Source: Takakia lepidozioides
Taxonomy: Eukaryota; Plantae; Bryophyta
Reading direction: 5' to 3'
DNA: 64,000 nt
Assembly (NCBI GenBank): GCA_030704615.1
Contig: CM060731.1
Coordinates: forward strand, 30,752,001 to 30,816,000
Every line of letters starts with the position of its first letter. Position 1 is the stretch's first letter. A model generated the notes under the pieces. The model saw only the letters and a program-made list of their open reading frames with translations. It made no database searches and was not told the origin of the DNA. This document shows positions 10,947 through 23,828 of this stretch, piece after piece. A program made the translations under genes and the position numbers.

Positions 10947-13900
10947 ATGGCTCCGAATTCCTACGCTATAGTTTGCTGTCCTCCGCAACTTGGGAGAGCC
11001 TGGATCCCAAACGAGGGAGGACTTTGCAGAGTGACTGAAACTTACCTTTGTTCCAAATTCAAGCTCAAACCGGGCACAGTTTATTTGGAAGAAGAAAGGA
11101 AGGATGTTCCTGGACAGGTTGACGAGACCATTGTCGTGCTAGGTAACGACGGAGGTTGCGGAATCGAATGGCACGTTCCCCCATCAGACACCATCCTGTA
11201 CCGAGCTATGGGAATGCCCATTCCCTTTCCAAATCAGTCGCTGCCCACACCATCCACAAAGGAGTCCGGAAACCGAGAGGCGGCCACTGCCAACAAAGAG
11301 GTATGCAATGATAATCATTCCCGACCTGGACCGTCAAGACCCTCCATAGCTTCTCGTGTGGACGTATTCGACATTTCCGACGAGGAAGATGATTGCATTG
11401 AGGTACCCATGTCCTCCACACGGTCGTTCAAATCCGGCATGGACGTCTCTGTCGGTGCTACGCATGTGCCCTCAAGCATAACTCCAACCCGGTCCATTGT
11501 GCAGCGCCTACGACAACATCACCTCGATGGTTCTTGCTCCGAGCTGGCTGCTCTCGACTATGCCAAATTTCCAGTCAGAAAGGTAACGTTTCTGCCTCCC
11601 GAAGTCGATGGCAATGTCATCTTCGAGTTTCCACCTGTTTCTTCGTCAAACAAAGCCTCCGGGATGTTAATAGACATGGATCGAAAGCATGACGGACACC
11701 CCTGGTGTGTGACGAAGACCAGTAGCACGAAAATTGCTGATGGTGTTCGTGTACGATATGTCCTCTGTGCGGGGAAGCTGAGGTGCCTCAATCCCACCTG
11801 CTTCCACTTTCTCTCCAAAGGAGGGCGGAGAAACGAGACGGATTGGACTGGCACAACGCATCATGTCGCGCACCTCACTTCGGTAAAATCCCCTTCAAGT
11901 CAGTTACTCGCTTTGATGCGCGCGTGCCTCCCAACCTGGCCGTCGGGCCAACTTGGAGCTTCGGCTGCTCACCGGGACATAACGGTCCCCTTCGTTTCCC
12001 TCTAAAACCCTCCACCTAATGGGACTAGGGAATTCCCTTGGTAGATGGCAGTCCGGAACAGCTCCCCACTCTTTGGCGCTTTCCGCTCGCTCGCTTACTC
12101 ACTGTTTTTGGTCACCAACGGCTTGCACCGTTCTCGGGGTTACTACTCCCATATATACTTCTGTAGCTGTCTGCGGGGGTTTCACAACCAGCCATGCCAT
12201 TTTATGGCGAACCACCACGAGAACCCTCGACTCCCGGCGGTGAATCGCGGTGAGTCTCGGCCCGCTACGCGGCCCTATTGGACCGTGATGAGTCCAAGAC
12301 TCCCCACGACTCCCACCTCCAGGTCTCCACCTCATGGTGAGTCCTATGCCACCCCCACTAAGTCCCGCTACGCTCCACCACCCCTTGTGGAGCCACCCCA
12401 CTCCACCGCAACCCGGTGTGCAGGGCTCCACCTAGTGAGCGCTCCGCTTCCTTGAGTGCCGGGCACTCAAGGGTGCTTCAGCTCCCCATACCTATCGTAC
12501 CGCTGCCCCCACCACAGGGGCAGCCCCTCATGTGTCCCGACCCCCTTACCCTCAAGGCAAAGGGCCGTGACACATCATCCATTCATTGTCTCCAGCCAAG
12601 CTCCTGCGGGTTCTTTCAAGTGTGCACATTGCAAAGAACCACCGACGTGCATGTCCATTTGCAGAGCCAAGCAATATTACGTTATCCATTTGCTCCCGGA
12701 CTTGACTAGAGCTTGCATACACTGGGTCCACTGCCACCCCTTGGCGAGAGGCAACATGCGTGAGGCTGTGCAGGAAGCACACGACATCATAAAAGAGGAG
12801 GTGAAATTGAGCCCCGGAGCCAGACCAAAGCAGATTCAGCTGAAGGCAGCCCACAAGATTGCTCTTGGCAAAATCATGTCTGAAGATGGTTCCGACCGAG
12901 AGCCCTTGACCGAAGACGAGATGCGTGACCTCTTGGAGTCCGTCTCGCACGTTTGTAGTCCGAATGTGCGGAATCACATCGTATCTTGCAAGCAGGAGTT
13001 CGGCAGGGGGTCGGACATGTACTCAATCCTGGAGGTGAAACGAATGACTGGATATGACTACATCCAAGGTAGCAGGTTTCCAGGGCAAGGCAGCGAATCC
13101 GATTGTTGTTACATTTTCAAAATGTCGACGTGTGGGCCTGGGAGTGGAGTCGACTTGGTCACTCGCATGACAACTGGAAACTTGTCGAATGCTTGGGTGA
13201 TGTTTGATCACATCAAGCGAATTACAAACCATCAGTGGGTGACTATGGGTGCGCATGTTTATGACTATCACTCCAAGAGGCTCATGACGATTGCAATCTG
13301 CGAGATGAAAGGGGAGGACACACAGTCCGAGATGCATCTGTGGGAGGGCATAAACGAGCAGATGGCAAGGGCGGGATTGTCAGAGCCCAATTTCAGGGGA
13401 TTCATGGCAGACAACGCTCAGGCCAACTGGGCAGCGGTGCGGCGTGTGTGTACGGTGAGGACCCCAATGTTCCAATGGAGGGGAAAGAGAGATCCTGTGG
13501 ATTCCATTGGATGCAGAGTCTATCCCACTACACTACCAAATTTGTTGCTAGCTCATTCCAGGCTGAACACCGTGTCCTTTGTACGGCGTGGAAGGATGCA
13601 CCCACATTTGATGACGCGAGGTTAAGTTTGTTATCATCGAGGCTTGGTGGAACACGTCAGGTGCAGTGGAGACAACCAATCTGGGAGCATTGCACAGCTG
13701 GTTGGGGTGGTGGCATTTTCGGTATCGACAGTTCGGACAGTACATGCGGGAGGTAGGCTGCTGTCATTTTCGTTCATTTGTCTTTCTGTTACGGACATTT
13801 CGATTGGTCCCTCACCATTGTTTGTGTCCTTCTAGGAGCGGTGCTTGGATTCCGACACGGACATGCCGAACACGAATATGGCAGAATCGGTCCACTCCTC

Positions 13901-15263
13901 CTGGCGAGCGTCTTCTGCCGCACATCTGGTGGACGTAGTGACGGCCACAACGGAGGACATCGACAGAGCAATCATGCAGCAAGCCACGTACTACAAGTTC
14001 CTGAGCGGCAAACAATGGGGCTTTGGGCCGGACAGGGAGGAATTGTTGGTACGAACAGCTTCGAGGTCCAAGAATCCAGTGAAATGGGCGACAACATTGC
14101 GAGAGAAGATCAAAGGGACGCCTCTGCACCGCAGAGGTGAACACCTAGAGGGGGACGTCCGGACTCGCCCTGTCAGGCGGAGGATTGAAGAGGAACCCGG
14201 TGCGAAGAGGATTCCTGGAGATCCGACAGGAACATTCGGACAGCACCTCGAGGTCCCGTCATGTTGCCGCACAATGTGTCTTCCAGCAGTGGAAGCCCAA
14301 GAAATTCCAGATCGCCGTCGCCTTCAACCGGGGATTTCGTGCAAAAAATTCCCACCGCTCCCTTGCCCCAGATTCCGCCCGCTGTTATGCAGTATGGCCA
14401 AGCCATTGTGGAGACGACTGTGTCTGCCTCACAGTGGAAAATTGCTCGCACAAAGCCGTCGTTTCGAGGAAGGTGTTCCGCAATTCGTGTGGATACACGC
14501 AACGTTGTTTAGAGATGATAAGGAGGAATCCAGATGGGGCTGTCCCTGCTCCTACTTTTACAGGAAGATTTGTCCATGCAAAGTTTGCGGAGGCGACAAC
14601 CACCCAGTTCTGGTTCTGCAGGCACGACATTATGACTTGCGTGTATGGAAAGCCCAAGTACGGCATACAAACAATGCCAGAGGCTCCCCCGGTGTGGCCG
14701 GTGGAACCAGGCTGCGATCTGAGTCAGGTTGAGGCCGACGCCCTTACCGCCGCAGGATTCGGGAAGGTGCAGCGCACTGACGTCCCTAGAGAACCATTTC
14801 TGCTTCCACAGCCTCCACCACCGACCCCTGTGAGAGCAAGAACAATGGGACACGACAGCTCTAAGCATCCTACACACCGTTGGGGAAACCGAAGAGGCGG
14901 CGACCTCCCTCAAAAGTGAACGAGACAAGGATGGGGAATGCACTTCGGATGAACTGTACAATCCAGAGCTCGACAGAAGTGCCCCCACCAGGATTCGGGC
15001 GTGTGTATCAGATGGCCACGGCGGGCTCAGCTGTTCGCAATGAGGTGTACACCATCACCATTTCAGAATTACCCACCTGCAATTGCACCGACTTCCAAAT
15101 CATGGCGAACAAGGGGGCATCATACTGCCCTTGCAAGCATTTGTACTACGTGTACCTAAAGAGACTCCGTTGTAATTCCACAACTCATCACTTCATACAT
15201 GCACCAGGGTTGAGCCCCCAGGAGGTTCACACTCTTCTGAATATGGATCCAGGGGACCAGTGA
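10947..15263 (+). pseudogene. MULE/Mutator-type transposase (GCM/WRKY-like Zn finger, DDE core, C-terminal SWIM), copy A; interrupted by a solo LTR and frameshifts
   Basis: HDGHPWCVT...CAGKLRC...CAHC...HxGxHCHP Zn module; WVMFDH, FMADNAQA, CGFH (CxxH) and NTNMAESVH catalytic motifs; CNCTDF...CPCKH SWIM; intron ~13753-13836. Confidence 0.85.
11864..12572. mobile_element. Solo LTR (709 bp) inside the copy-A transposase
   Basis: TGTCGCG...CGTGACA termini; 5-bp TSD CATCA (11859-11863 and 12573-12577); absent from copy B. Confidence 0.9.
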
Positions 15264-16008
15264 GCTTGGGTTGCGGTCCCCATACAATGGTACGCCCATC
15301 CTTTTCGGATAGTAGAACTGTACTGCTGCCAGTACCTCAGACTCTGGCCACAGAAAGGTCCGACATATGTCTTGCCTACCAGTAACCTGTTTTGCTCGAA
15401 CTAAGATATTACTATATCGTTCACTTGTTTCCACGTGCATGTATTTTTGTATGTTGGAGGGTTCATGTTTTCTGCTTTCCGAAAACTTGCTTTCCTCATT
15501 CGACCTCCGACAAGGAAATGCGGCGCCGCATTTCCAAGTATCGTCGTAGGTACTGGTAGAGGCGGCCTTCGCCAACACCAAACCGCTCCGAAATTTCGCA
15601 CGTGCGAACCCTAATGCGGCACCTTATTTCCCAGTTCAGTTGCAAACCTTTCCCGCCGAATACCCGAAGAAGACAGAATTGTGAAGTACTGCAGACTGTA
15701 TTGGTGCAGACTCCATTGGTTCAATCGCGGCAAAAGGGTCAGCTTCATTCCAATGTTAAGGCATGTAAAACCGCGGAATACTCTATACAGGCCAGTATGC
15801 GACGTCCTTTTGCAGTGGTATACTGGATTTCCCGTTGCACGGTCACTTATTTCCATGAGCGGATCTATAAAACCATGAGCGGACTTTTTACTGACGACAT
15901 ATCTTCGCCGCATTACATGATCTGGAACGTCCAAAAACGGCAAGGTCAAATAAAAAACTATTATTATAATACTTGTTTAATCTGCCGCATTTCCAAATTT
16001 GGAGGAGT

Positions 16009-16113
16009 CCGCTCATGAAATCCGCGTATCTTAGACTTCGGCTCACCGCTCATGCGGCTCATGCGGCTCATGGCTCATGGCTCATGGTTTCTGCTCATGA
16101 AATAGTAAACCTC
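16009..16113. repeat. Subterminal GCTCATG repeats and terminus of copy A
   Basis: About 7-8 GCTCATG/GCTCA units next to the terminal AATAGTAAACCTC; mirrored at 24769-24873. Confidence 0.8.
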
Positions 16114-16488
16114 AGGGAATGAGAAGAGAGCAATGATACTGGGCGAGACTGAGAACACAGACCACGATGCATGCACAACATCACGCTAATGAACCAAATA
16201 GACGAGGCAAAAGGGAGACCAAAGACCATCACACATACACATAGAGGGGACGGACACGACGACAAGTCAGGAAATGTGATATTACATTCAAATTAGAGAC
16301 TGTCACGGCACACCTGCATATGAGCAAGACTAAATGCCAACATACATGGTTGCCGGACATCACTTAAACTGTCATGGCCCAAATGTTCAAAATGGGTAAC
16401 GTGAGTATCATACACACTTCTATGAGTATCATTACACACCCAACAGGGACTACAAACATGAAATGTCACTTGATACTTTCACCTTTCC

Positions 16489-16957
16489 TCATACTCTTCT
16501 CTGGCACAGAGTCACCGTGCCTTTCACGTGCGCTAGTGTGGTCTGGGGGGGGGCATCGTCCACATTGGGCAAGGCAATGTAACACTTGGGAAGCATGATC
16601 TCGTGGACTTTCACCTTGTACCACCCGGATCGAATGTCCTTGCAGTGGAACTTGTCAACCCCGGCTATTTCCCACCACTTCCGCCTGGCGGCGGCTGTCT
16701 TTGACCGCTTGTCATGGGGGTTCAGGAGAAACACAGGATCTGATATCTGCAGACACCAACATCAGGGTCCACTCAGCAACAAACATAGCAATGACAGGGT
16801 GAAAGTCAAGCGCAGCTGGGCATGGAAACGATCTTGGTTGCCACAATACTGAATCAGCAGCCAATTCACGGTTGTACCAACGTACCTTGAAGCGAAGCTC
16901 GTCGCTGAGGGTGGCAACTGAGGAAAGCTGCCCACGTGTCTTCAACTGCAGCAGCAA
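16489..16957 (-). pseudogene. CACTA/En-Spm accessory (Tnp1/TnpA-like C-terminal) exon remnants
   Basis: ...FHCKDIRSGWYKVKVHEIMLPKCYIALPNVDDAPPQTTLAHVKGTVTL resembles the C-terminal domain of En/Spm second-ORF proteins; frameshifted. Confidence 0.5.
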
Positions 16958-17559
16958 AAAGAGGTTTAGTCAGACGGATAAGAATAACATGAACTCTGGT
17001 GGTTGCAATGGTATAAACACACCTCCACGGAGCAAGCTAACAAACACCCTGCTCAGACCCAGCACTACAACTTCCTGGCAAAAATAACCCTACTAAAAAC
17101 CAGCCAGGCAAAGCAAGGAGCCATGAATGCATGCCTGGGGAACCACGTCCTGCTGCGATGATGGTGCCGGGGACAGCCCACTCCTCTTGCTCACCTGCAA
17201 TGAATACACATTGCAACGCTTCAGGAAGTGTATCCATAAAGGAAACCAACCAAGTAAGTTTGCGGAGAGGGTGGGAACAACCATACCTTGGGCGCTGCCT
17301 CCTCATGCCGGGGGGGGAATCCGGAATGCTGCCGCCGTAGCACTATGGTCGTAGGCGCAGGACCCACCTTCTTCACATTCGACCCCACTGCCACTCCCTG
17401 TACATGTGGTCCCTGCAAAACATATAGTGCCAGCCTTGCGTGAGAGGGCATCCGGGGGGAACAAAACAAACATGGACTTTGGCTTCGATGTCATGTTGCA
17501 AACAGTAAGGTTAGTTTCACCTGCATGGGCGCAGAAGTACTTCCCCCAACGACCCCATC

Positions 17560-18230
17560 CTCTCCCACATTCAAGCTGCCAGTCGGGGTCAGCTTCCGCG
17601 TGCTTGTGAAGACACGCACATCCTTGGAGCAAAACAAATCTTGGCAGTAGGGCCAGACTGTTTCTAAAAGGTAGTCTGAATCGGGCCCCTCACTGACATT
17701 GCCAGTGACATCAAACGACAATGGATGGACCATGTTCAAAGGGGAGTTCCCCCTCCCTTTGTGTGGTGAATCATCCACTAGGAGGGTGTTGGATTCGTTA
17801 AATCCAGAAAATTCCGACCACACCCTCGACAGTCTCTTCTGTAAGTTCTGTACGGCAGGCCCTTTTGTGGGGTGTGTGGCTCTGTCAAGGGGTCACACTC
17901 CTCTTGTGACCACACAAAGAGGGGAGAACCCTTGACCCCCTGCATGACCACTTTGAAGATGTCTGCAACATTCCCCTTGGAAGCACAGGACCATATCCCA
18001 ACGTAGAAATACCGGAAGAGAAGGTTTAAAAACTCGCAGACCTGGGGCCTTGGGAAAACATACTTGTTGGTGGTCAACACCGGTTTAAAACTCGCAGACC
18101 TGGGGCCTTGGGAAAAACATACTTGTTGGTGGTTCAACACCCATGGCCAATGACGCCTCGGGTTGGGCTGAAAGTTAGGAATAGAGTGGCACAGGAATCC
18201 CATTCAGTCTAGAACAATTAGTTTTGACTT
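17560..18230 (-). pseudogene. FCP1/NIF-type HAD phosphatase-like domain (captured in the CACTA-associated region), frameshifted
   Basis: KLIVLD(L)NGFLCH...PRPQVCEFL...FYVGIWSCAS...LFVWSQEEC...ESNTLLVDDSPHKG; internal ~60-bp tandem duplication at ~18023-18141. Confidence 0.7.
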
Positions 18231-20537
18231 TTCTATGAAAGAGCTTTTGAAGGGGTGTCACGGGGTCTCACCTCAGTGGGTTGGGAGACAACAGTCACCC
18301 CGAGAGCAAAGTTTCGGTCCCCCTGCAGCCTGGACCAGGCAAAACTACCACCCTCTCCCCCTACAGCTTCCCCTTTCCCCCATCATGAGCAATGACCCCC
18401 CATCGTCCATGTCATCCCCACCAACTTGCTGGACCTCTCCCTCTTCAACGAGTGGACCCTGCCCCCCACTGTGAATATCATCAACACAGCACCGGACCTT
18501 TGTCACATCCCTACCACCGTCAACACCCCCTTTTGCCCCATCATGAGTTCCAATATATTCTTCAGTTGATGCTTCCATTTCCCCGTCCGCTCCGCAGAGG
18601 AGAGCCGCAAGCCTCTCCAGGGCCTCGATGCGGGGCTGCCATTGAGTTCCCGCTCCCTACGCCTACAAAAAAACCACTCGTACTGTTAAAAAGCCGAATG
18701 TGCAGGATTTTCAGGCATTCGGAGATGGCTAGGTTTGGCATAAACCCTCGTGTACCCGCGTGGGGGCCCCACATAACCCACCAAATCTTAGTAAAAACAA
18801 CAGATTCATGAATGAAACCGGACTTTCAAAACATACCTGGCTCAAAACGGACTCTGATGGGGTGCCAGTCGCATAGTTCTTTTGCTCCGCCCCGAGCTCG
18901 GACAGTGACGGGCTCCGCGCTTTGTGTCTTTTCTGTATTTGGCCCATCCACACACTGTCAGTACAAAATGCCAGAGCATATGGACCAAAGCACTGCCCTG
19001 CATATCAAATAACAACTAATTCTGCACAGCAATAAAACCCACTCGTGGGTGTCTCTTCCATCAGAACATGCCACAACGTAAGAGCAATGAGAAGGGGGTG
19101 AGGGAGATTACCAAAGGGCTGCTTGGTTTATGCAACTCCTGCCCGGCCCCAACGCGAGGGGTTCGTGACACAAGCACGCGCTTGCTTCATCCCTTCAGCC
19201 TTTGCAAGTCCACGAGGGGACTCCCAGTAGGCAACAAGCTTATCCCAATAGGCGGTTCAGTGTTCATGGCCTCACACCAGTCTTCGCCCATTTATCTTTC
19301 AGTTTTGCTCTTTTCCTTTCATTATCTTCCCACATTGCCTCAATTATAAAAATCACGATTGGCAGGGATAGGTGTGTACTCGTACATTCCATTTATGCCC
19401 TCTATTACTGTTGACATGGCACTCTGGACTGTTGGCAATGTCTTGTACGCTTGAGTCAAGGTAACGCAATGCCAGCCAGCAAATCACGCGCCCGTGTTCC
19501 TTACCTTCGCAGCCAGCATTGATGACTCCATTTCAATGCACCTCCACCTTGTGGCGCTTTAGCCCTGCAGCCACCCTTCCCTCTCCATCTCCTTCCCATT
19601 GTTTCATGGCATGACGTTGTTCCTTCCTCAGCTCTGATGTCCGTTTCCTGCCCCCATGCTTTGGAGCAGCGCACGTCATAACGTTGTGGGGGGTGACTGA
19701 TGTGTGCCGGAAGGGGGAGGCCGTATGGAGATGTGGGAGGCCCATTGTGACGTGGCAACATCAGGAAAGCCCGAGCCACGACCCAGAAGCAGGGGGGGCT
19801 CCCATGGTGCACTTGTTGTGGAGACCACCCGGTAGGGGTTGGGTGCCAGGTTGGTGTTGGTTGGCATTGTGTGGTGGCTGTGAGTGCTTGCTGCAGCTTC
19901 ACTCCCCTTCCGCTGCCAAAAACATCCCACACACAAGGTGCATCAGCTGTAGTCATACTGGAACACCAACGTCACCAGAGCACAAACCATCCCACAACCA
20001 CAAACTATGGATTGCTGACCTCAAACCCCCCCCTGCAGCGCAAGTGCCAAAAACTGAAAAGGAGAGGACAGAATGTCCTCATAACATGTAAGCCCATTCA
20101 TTGGTGAAGAAACAAAATGTGGGCGGGTTCACATCAGTACCACATTAAACTTACCAGGAAACAGAACATCCATCGGGTTTTGCACATATCCAGTGGGACA
20201 TCTATTCACACAATCAGCAAATGGCTGTATGGCGGAGCCCAGCAACGGAGCCCCAAAGGCCTAAAGACTCTCAATGTTGGTAAACACAGGTGCAGACACA
20301 ATTCAATTGAAAGGATGTTGCAGACCTAGCCTCGTTGGAGTTATCACGCATATAGCAAATGCGTACTCCAACGCAGGTGCAATGACGTGACAAAGCAACA
20401 TTTCCTTGACCTAAAACTAGTCCCTCTGCACACAGTGGTAGACCGAAGGTTTTTCCACGATGTCCTCCCCCATGACACAAATTGAAAAAAATTGTTCAGG
20501 GATGTTTCTGCCTAACTTCATTTTCTGCCCAATCACA

Positions 20538-21660
20538 TCCCCTCTACGCTGATGATGTTGCCCTTTTGGCACAATGTTGCCCTTTTGGCACCCCGATCTT
20601 TCTGCAACGCCATATCAAAATTTTGGAACAGTTCTGCAAAGACTATGGATGCAAGTCAATCTTAGCAAGACCAAGATTATGGTCTTCAATGGCCAGGCTG
20701 ATCGTAGATTCATCTTCAACCAGCAGGAAATTGAGATTGTCAAATCATACCGGTACCTAGGTCTGGTTATCCACTCCCCAAGTTTCACTTTGCAGCCACT
20801 GCCTTCGACAGATTGACTAAAGGTAAGGCGGCCTCCGTCCGCCTTCACGCCAAATGCAAGCAAATACATCTGCGGCATCCCCCGACCAAAAAGTGGTTGT
20901 TTGACACCGTCGTCAGCCCTGCTACCATCAATGGTTGTGAGTTCTGGGCACCTGGTGTCCCTGTCTCCTGGTGGGAAAAGAATTTGGAACCATTACAGTC
21001 ATCTTTTCTCCAAGCAATGCTTGGCGCCAGGAGCACAACTCCATCTCAGATCCTAGGTGCAGAGTTTGCATGTGTACCATTGCAATCCAAGGCACAGTTC
21101 AGGCTTACAATCTTTCTCCATAGATTGCAGGCCCTTCCACCCAAAGGGCTAGTGGCAAGGGCCCTCACAACATCTATGAGGCTCAAAGCTGCAGGTTTCG
21201 GGAACTCCTGGTATGCTCGAGTGGACAGTTTATTGAAACGTAACGGACTTTCTACTGCTTTCCTATTACCAATAAACCCACATGAGGTGGACATCACATC
21301 CAGACATGACCGCAACAGACTCATTCGGAGAGAGCTTATGGAATTACATGTCAAGAGAACTTGGATGCTACCCAATCTCACAACAAAGCTCCACTTCTAT
21401 CGAGAGACATTCTTGGTGCTCCGCGATGATAGAATCTTCAGACCAAATTACCTTTCAGCACCCTTACCTCCTTCCCTCTTGAGGGCATCGGGGCGGTTCA
21501 GGGTGGGTTCCCACAACCTACGGATAGAGACTGGCAGATGGGAAAACCTGCAACGGGAGGACCGCCTATGTCCAGCTTGCATAGGGCGCAGCAAGGAAAT
21601 TGAAACTGAAGAACACTTCTTCTTCTACTACCCTGTATACTACAACATCCGTTTGAACAA
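20538..21660 (+). mobile_element. 5'-truncated non-LTR retrotransposon (LINE) ORF2 fragment: RT C-terminus plus Cys/His knuckle
   Basis: LYADDVALL, VNLSKTKIMVF, YRYLG, RFRVGSHNLRIETGRW...RLCPAC...ETEEHF motifs; frameshifted. Confidence 0.85.
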
Positions 21661-21744
21661 CTTTGTGGATATGTGCATCCCAGTTTCAGTTTCAGGAGAA
21701 CTCAACGCCCAGAAAACAAGAACACAAGTAGGGGTAGAACTCAC

Positions 21745-22044
21745 CTCATGCGCAGCAGTTTTGTGCCGTTTGCGCACCTTTTGGAGAGACTCTGCAGATG
21801 GAGGTGCAATTTCCTCCGAACTGTCCTCCACCTCATCGTCGTCGCCCATGCTATACTCGCTTGTGTCAAAATCCAAACTCGAAGACCGCCCACCGCTCTG
21901 CCTTCCCTCTCGCACCGACGCCATCTGTACCGGATTCAGTCGAGCCAGGCGGGGGCTCCTTCGCACCGCGGGGCTGGAATGTGCAGAAGTGGGAGGAGGT
22001 GATGCTGCCTCGGCGGTCGAGCGCTTCTTACTAGGCGTGGACAT
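21745..22044 (-). pseudogene. Probable first exon of the minus-strand CACTA accessory gene (Ser/acidic, NLS-like)
   Basis: MSTPSKKRS...VRRSPRLARL...DDDEVEDSSEE...KVRKRHK followed by a GTGAG donor; divergent from the CACTA transposase. Confidence 0.4.
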
Positions 22045-23828
22045 AGACCATGACAAAGATGAAGACGAGCGAGGACATAGACCATGACCAAGACAAAGAC
22101 GAGCGAGGAAGACCAAGACATGCAAAGGAGGAAAGAAGGACAAGGAGGGGAGTGTGATCACACACCCCCCCGATCTGTAGTGAAGATCCGGCCGTTATTG
22201 ATTTCAAATATGAACACGTGTCGTGCATCCGACACTATGGCCTTTTCGACTTTGAGACGTTAAACCTTAAACCACTTACAATCCTCCAGACAACTAGATG
22301 TAGTGATTCACACAACTGACATGGATCCGTTAATTTTTTTTCGTTCAAAATTAGGCGAAGGAAACACACTGCAATGATGCCGTGTATGGCTCCGCTTTAC
22401 ATGCATTCTTGGAGAAAATGCGCATGATGTGTGAGAAGTGAACACAGTGCTCTGCCAAATGATTCAGCAAAAACAAACTCAACTGTAGTGGTTCTCCCAT
22501 CGCAGAGAAGGGTCCATTCAACACCCATCGCACCATGTCAGGTTGAGGTCCTCACACACACACCTACACACCGAGAATTTGCGAACCCACATCAGCTGGG
22601 AGAACATGGAAATTACCCCGTGGATCACATACAAGCATGAATGAGAAATGGGTTTATGTTACATGGGAGATTTTGGTGTACCTGCGCGACATGCAACTCT
22701 GTCTACATACTCCATAAGTCGCTGTCCCAAGACCCAAGTGGACAGGGGAGGCCGGTGAGTCTGTACCACAAATGGTAATCATACAGCAGAGGGTACTGCT
22801 GCCCAACGTGCAAAAGCCACCGGCTGCAGGATGCTAGGCATGCGAACTCGGGCACAGCACGCCTCCTCTGCACCCCACTCCGTCCCAACCAGTGCAAAAC
22901 AACCGTGCATGCATTGACTGCCCTCTGGCTTTCTCTCCAGGCATTTGGGGGTCTGCGATCTGCTACACATAAGTGTCTTTGAATGCGACGATCAAAGGAT
23001 CCGGTCACTTGCAGTTGTCGTCTCAAGGGCAGCATTGCAAGAATCAGAATTAAGTAAGAAAGATGGTGGAAGAAGCTGCAAACAACAAATGAGTGAAGTG
23101 GCAGGGTGATGCTCCATTTTTAACATGCTCCCCTTCCCGCCATGGTGATAGAGCCACACAAATGGACTCCCTTCCCGCCACGGTGCAATTTCACGGCAAC
23201 GGAACGGGATTGTCCGCCGAAACGTGATTTGGAGATGGCCTAAGACAAGTGGCGCAGGTTCTGGCCTTGTAGTCAGGTTGTTCACACTTCAATGCACACA
23301 TTTCATACACATTCAACCATATGCCCAAGATCACAACGTCGTCAATCGTGAAAATTGAAATTCCACGTACGTCCTCCGATTCCTTACACACACACGAACT
23401 GTAGAGACAGGTCGTTTTCCAGGATGTCGTTGTTTGAGTCGATTTTGGTCATTTCTCTCAGTGTCTTGTTGAAAAGATTCTAGTTATGATGGGAAGCATC
23501 GTGATGGCTTTTAAATGGTTTGCTGTTGAGTGTAACTTTTCATCATGTTGTGGAATCTACCGGTTGGTATAAAATGTCAATTGTCTTCTCTGCCAAAGGA
23601 TGTGCGGCTGAACCTTTCAAATTGAGATTGCAGGAGGAGGGAATTGACGGTAGTGAAATGGGAGTGGCAGAGCCAAATTGAGGAATCTCTGCAAAGGAGA
23701 ATCCGGCCCCCTGCAACGGCGTGCACAAACAGCATTGAAGAGGCTCCCCAACAAAAATGAGTTCCCCTCGCCCATGCGGAGGACTTCCAATTAATCACCC
23801 CTGTAGATAGAACACCCAAGATGACAGG

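Larger units (their letters stand above)
942..16113 (+). mobile_element. Mutator-like (MULE) DNA transposon, copy A (left end truncated); carries transposase, ParB-MTase-like gene, two orphan genes and palindrome arrays
   Basis: Near-identical reverse complement of 24769-41380. Homology ends sharply at ...AATAGTAAACCTC (16113). Encodes a MULE DDE/SWIM transposase. Confidence 0.85.
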
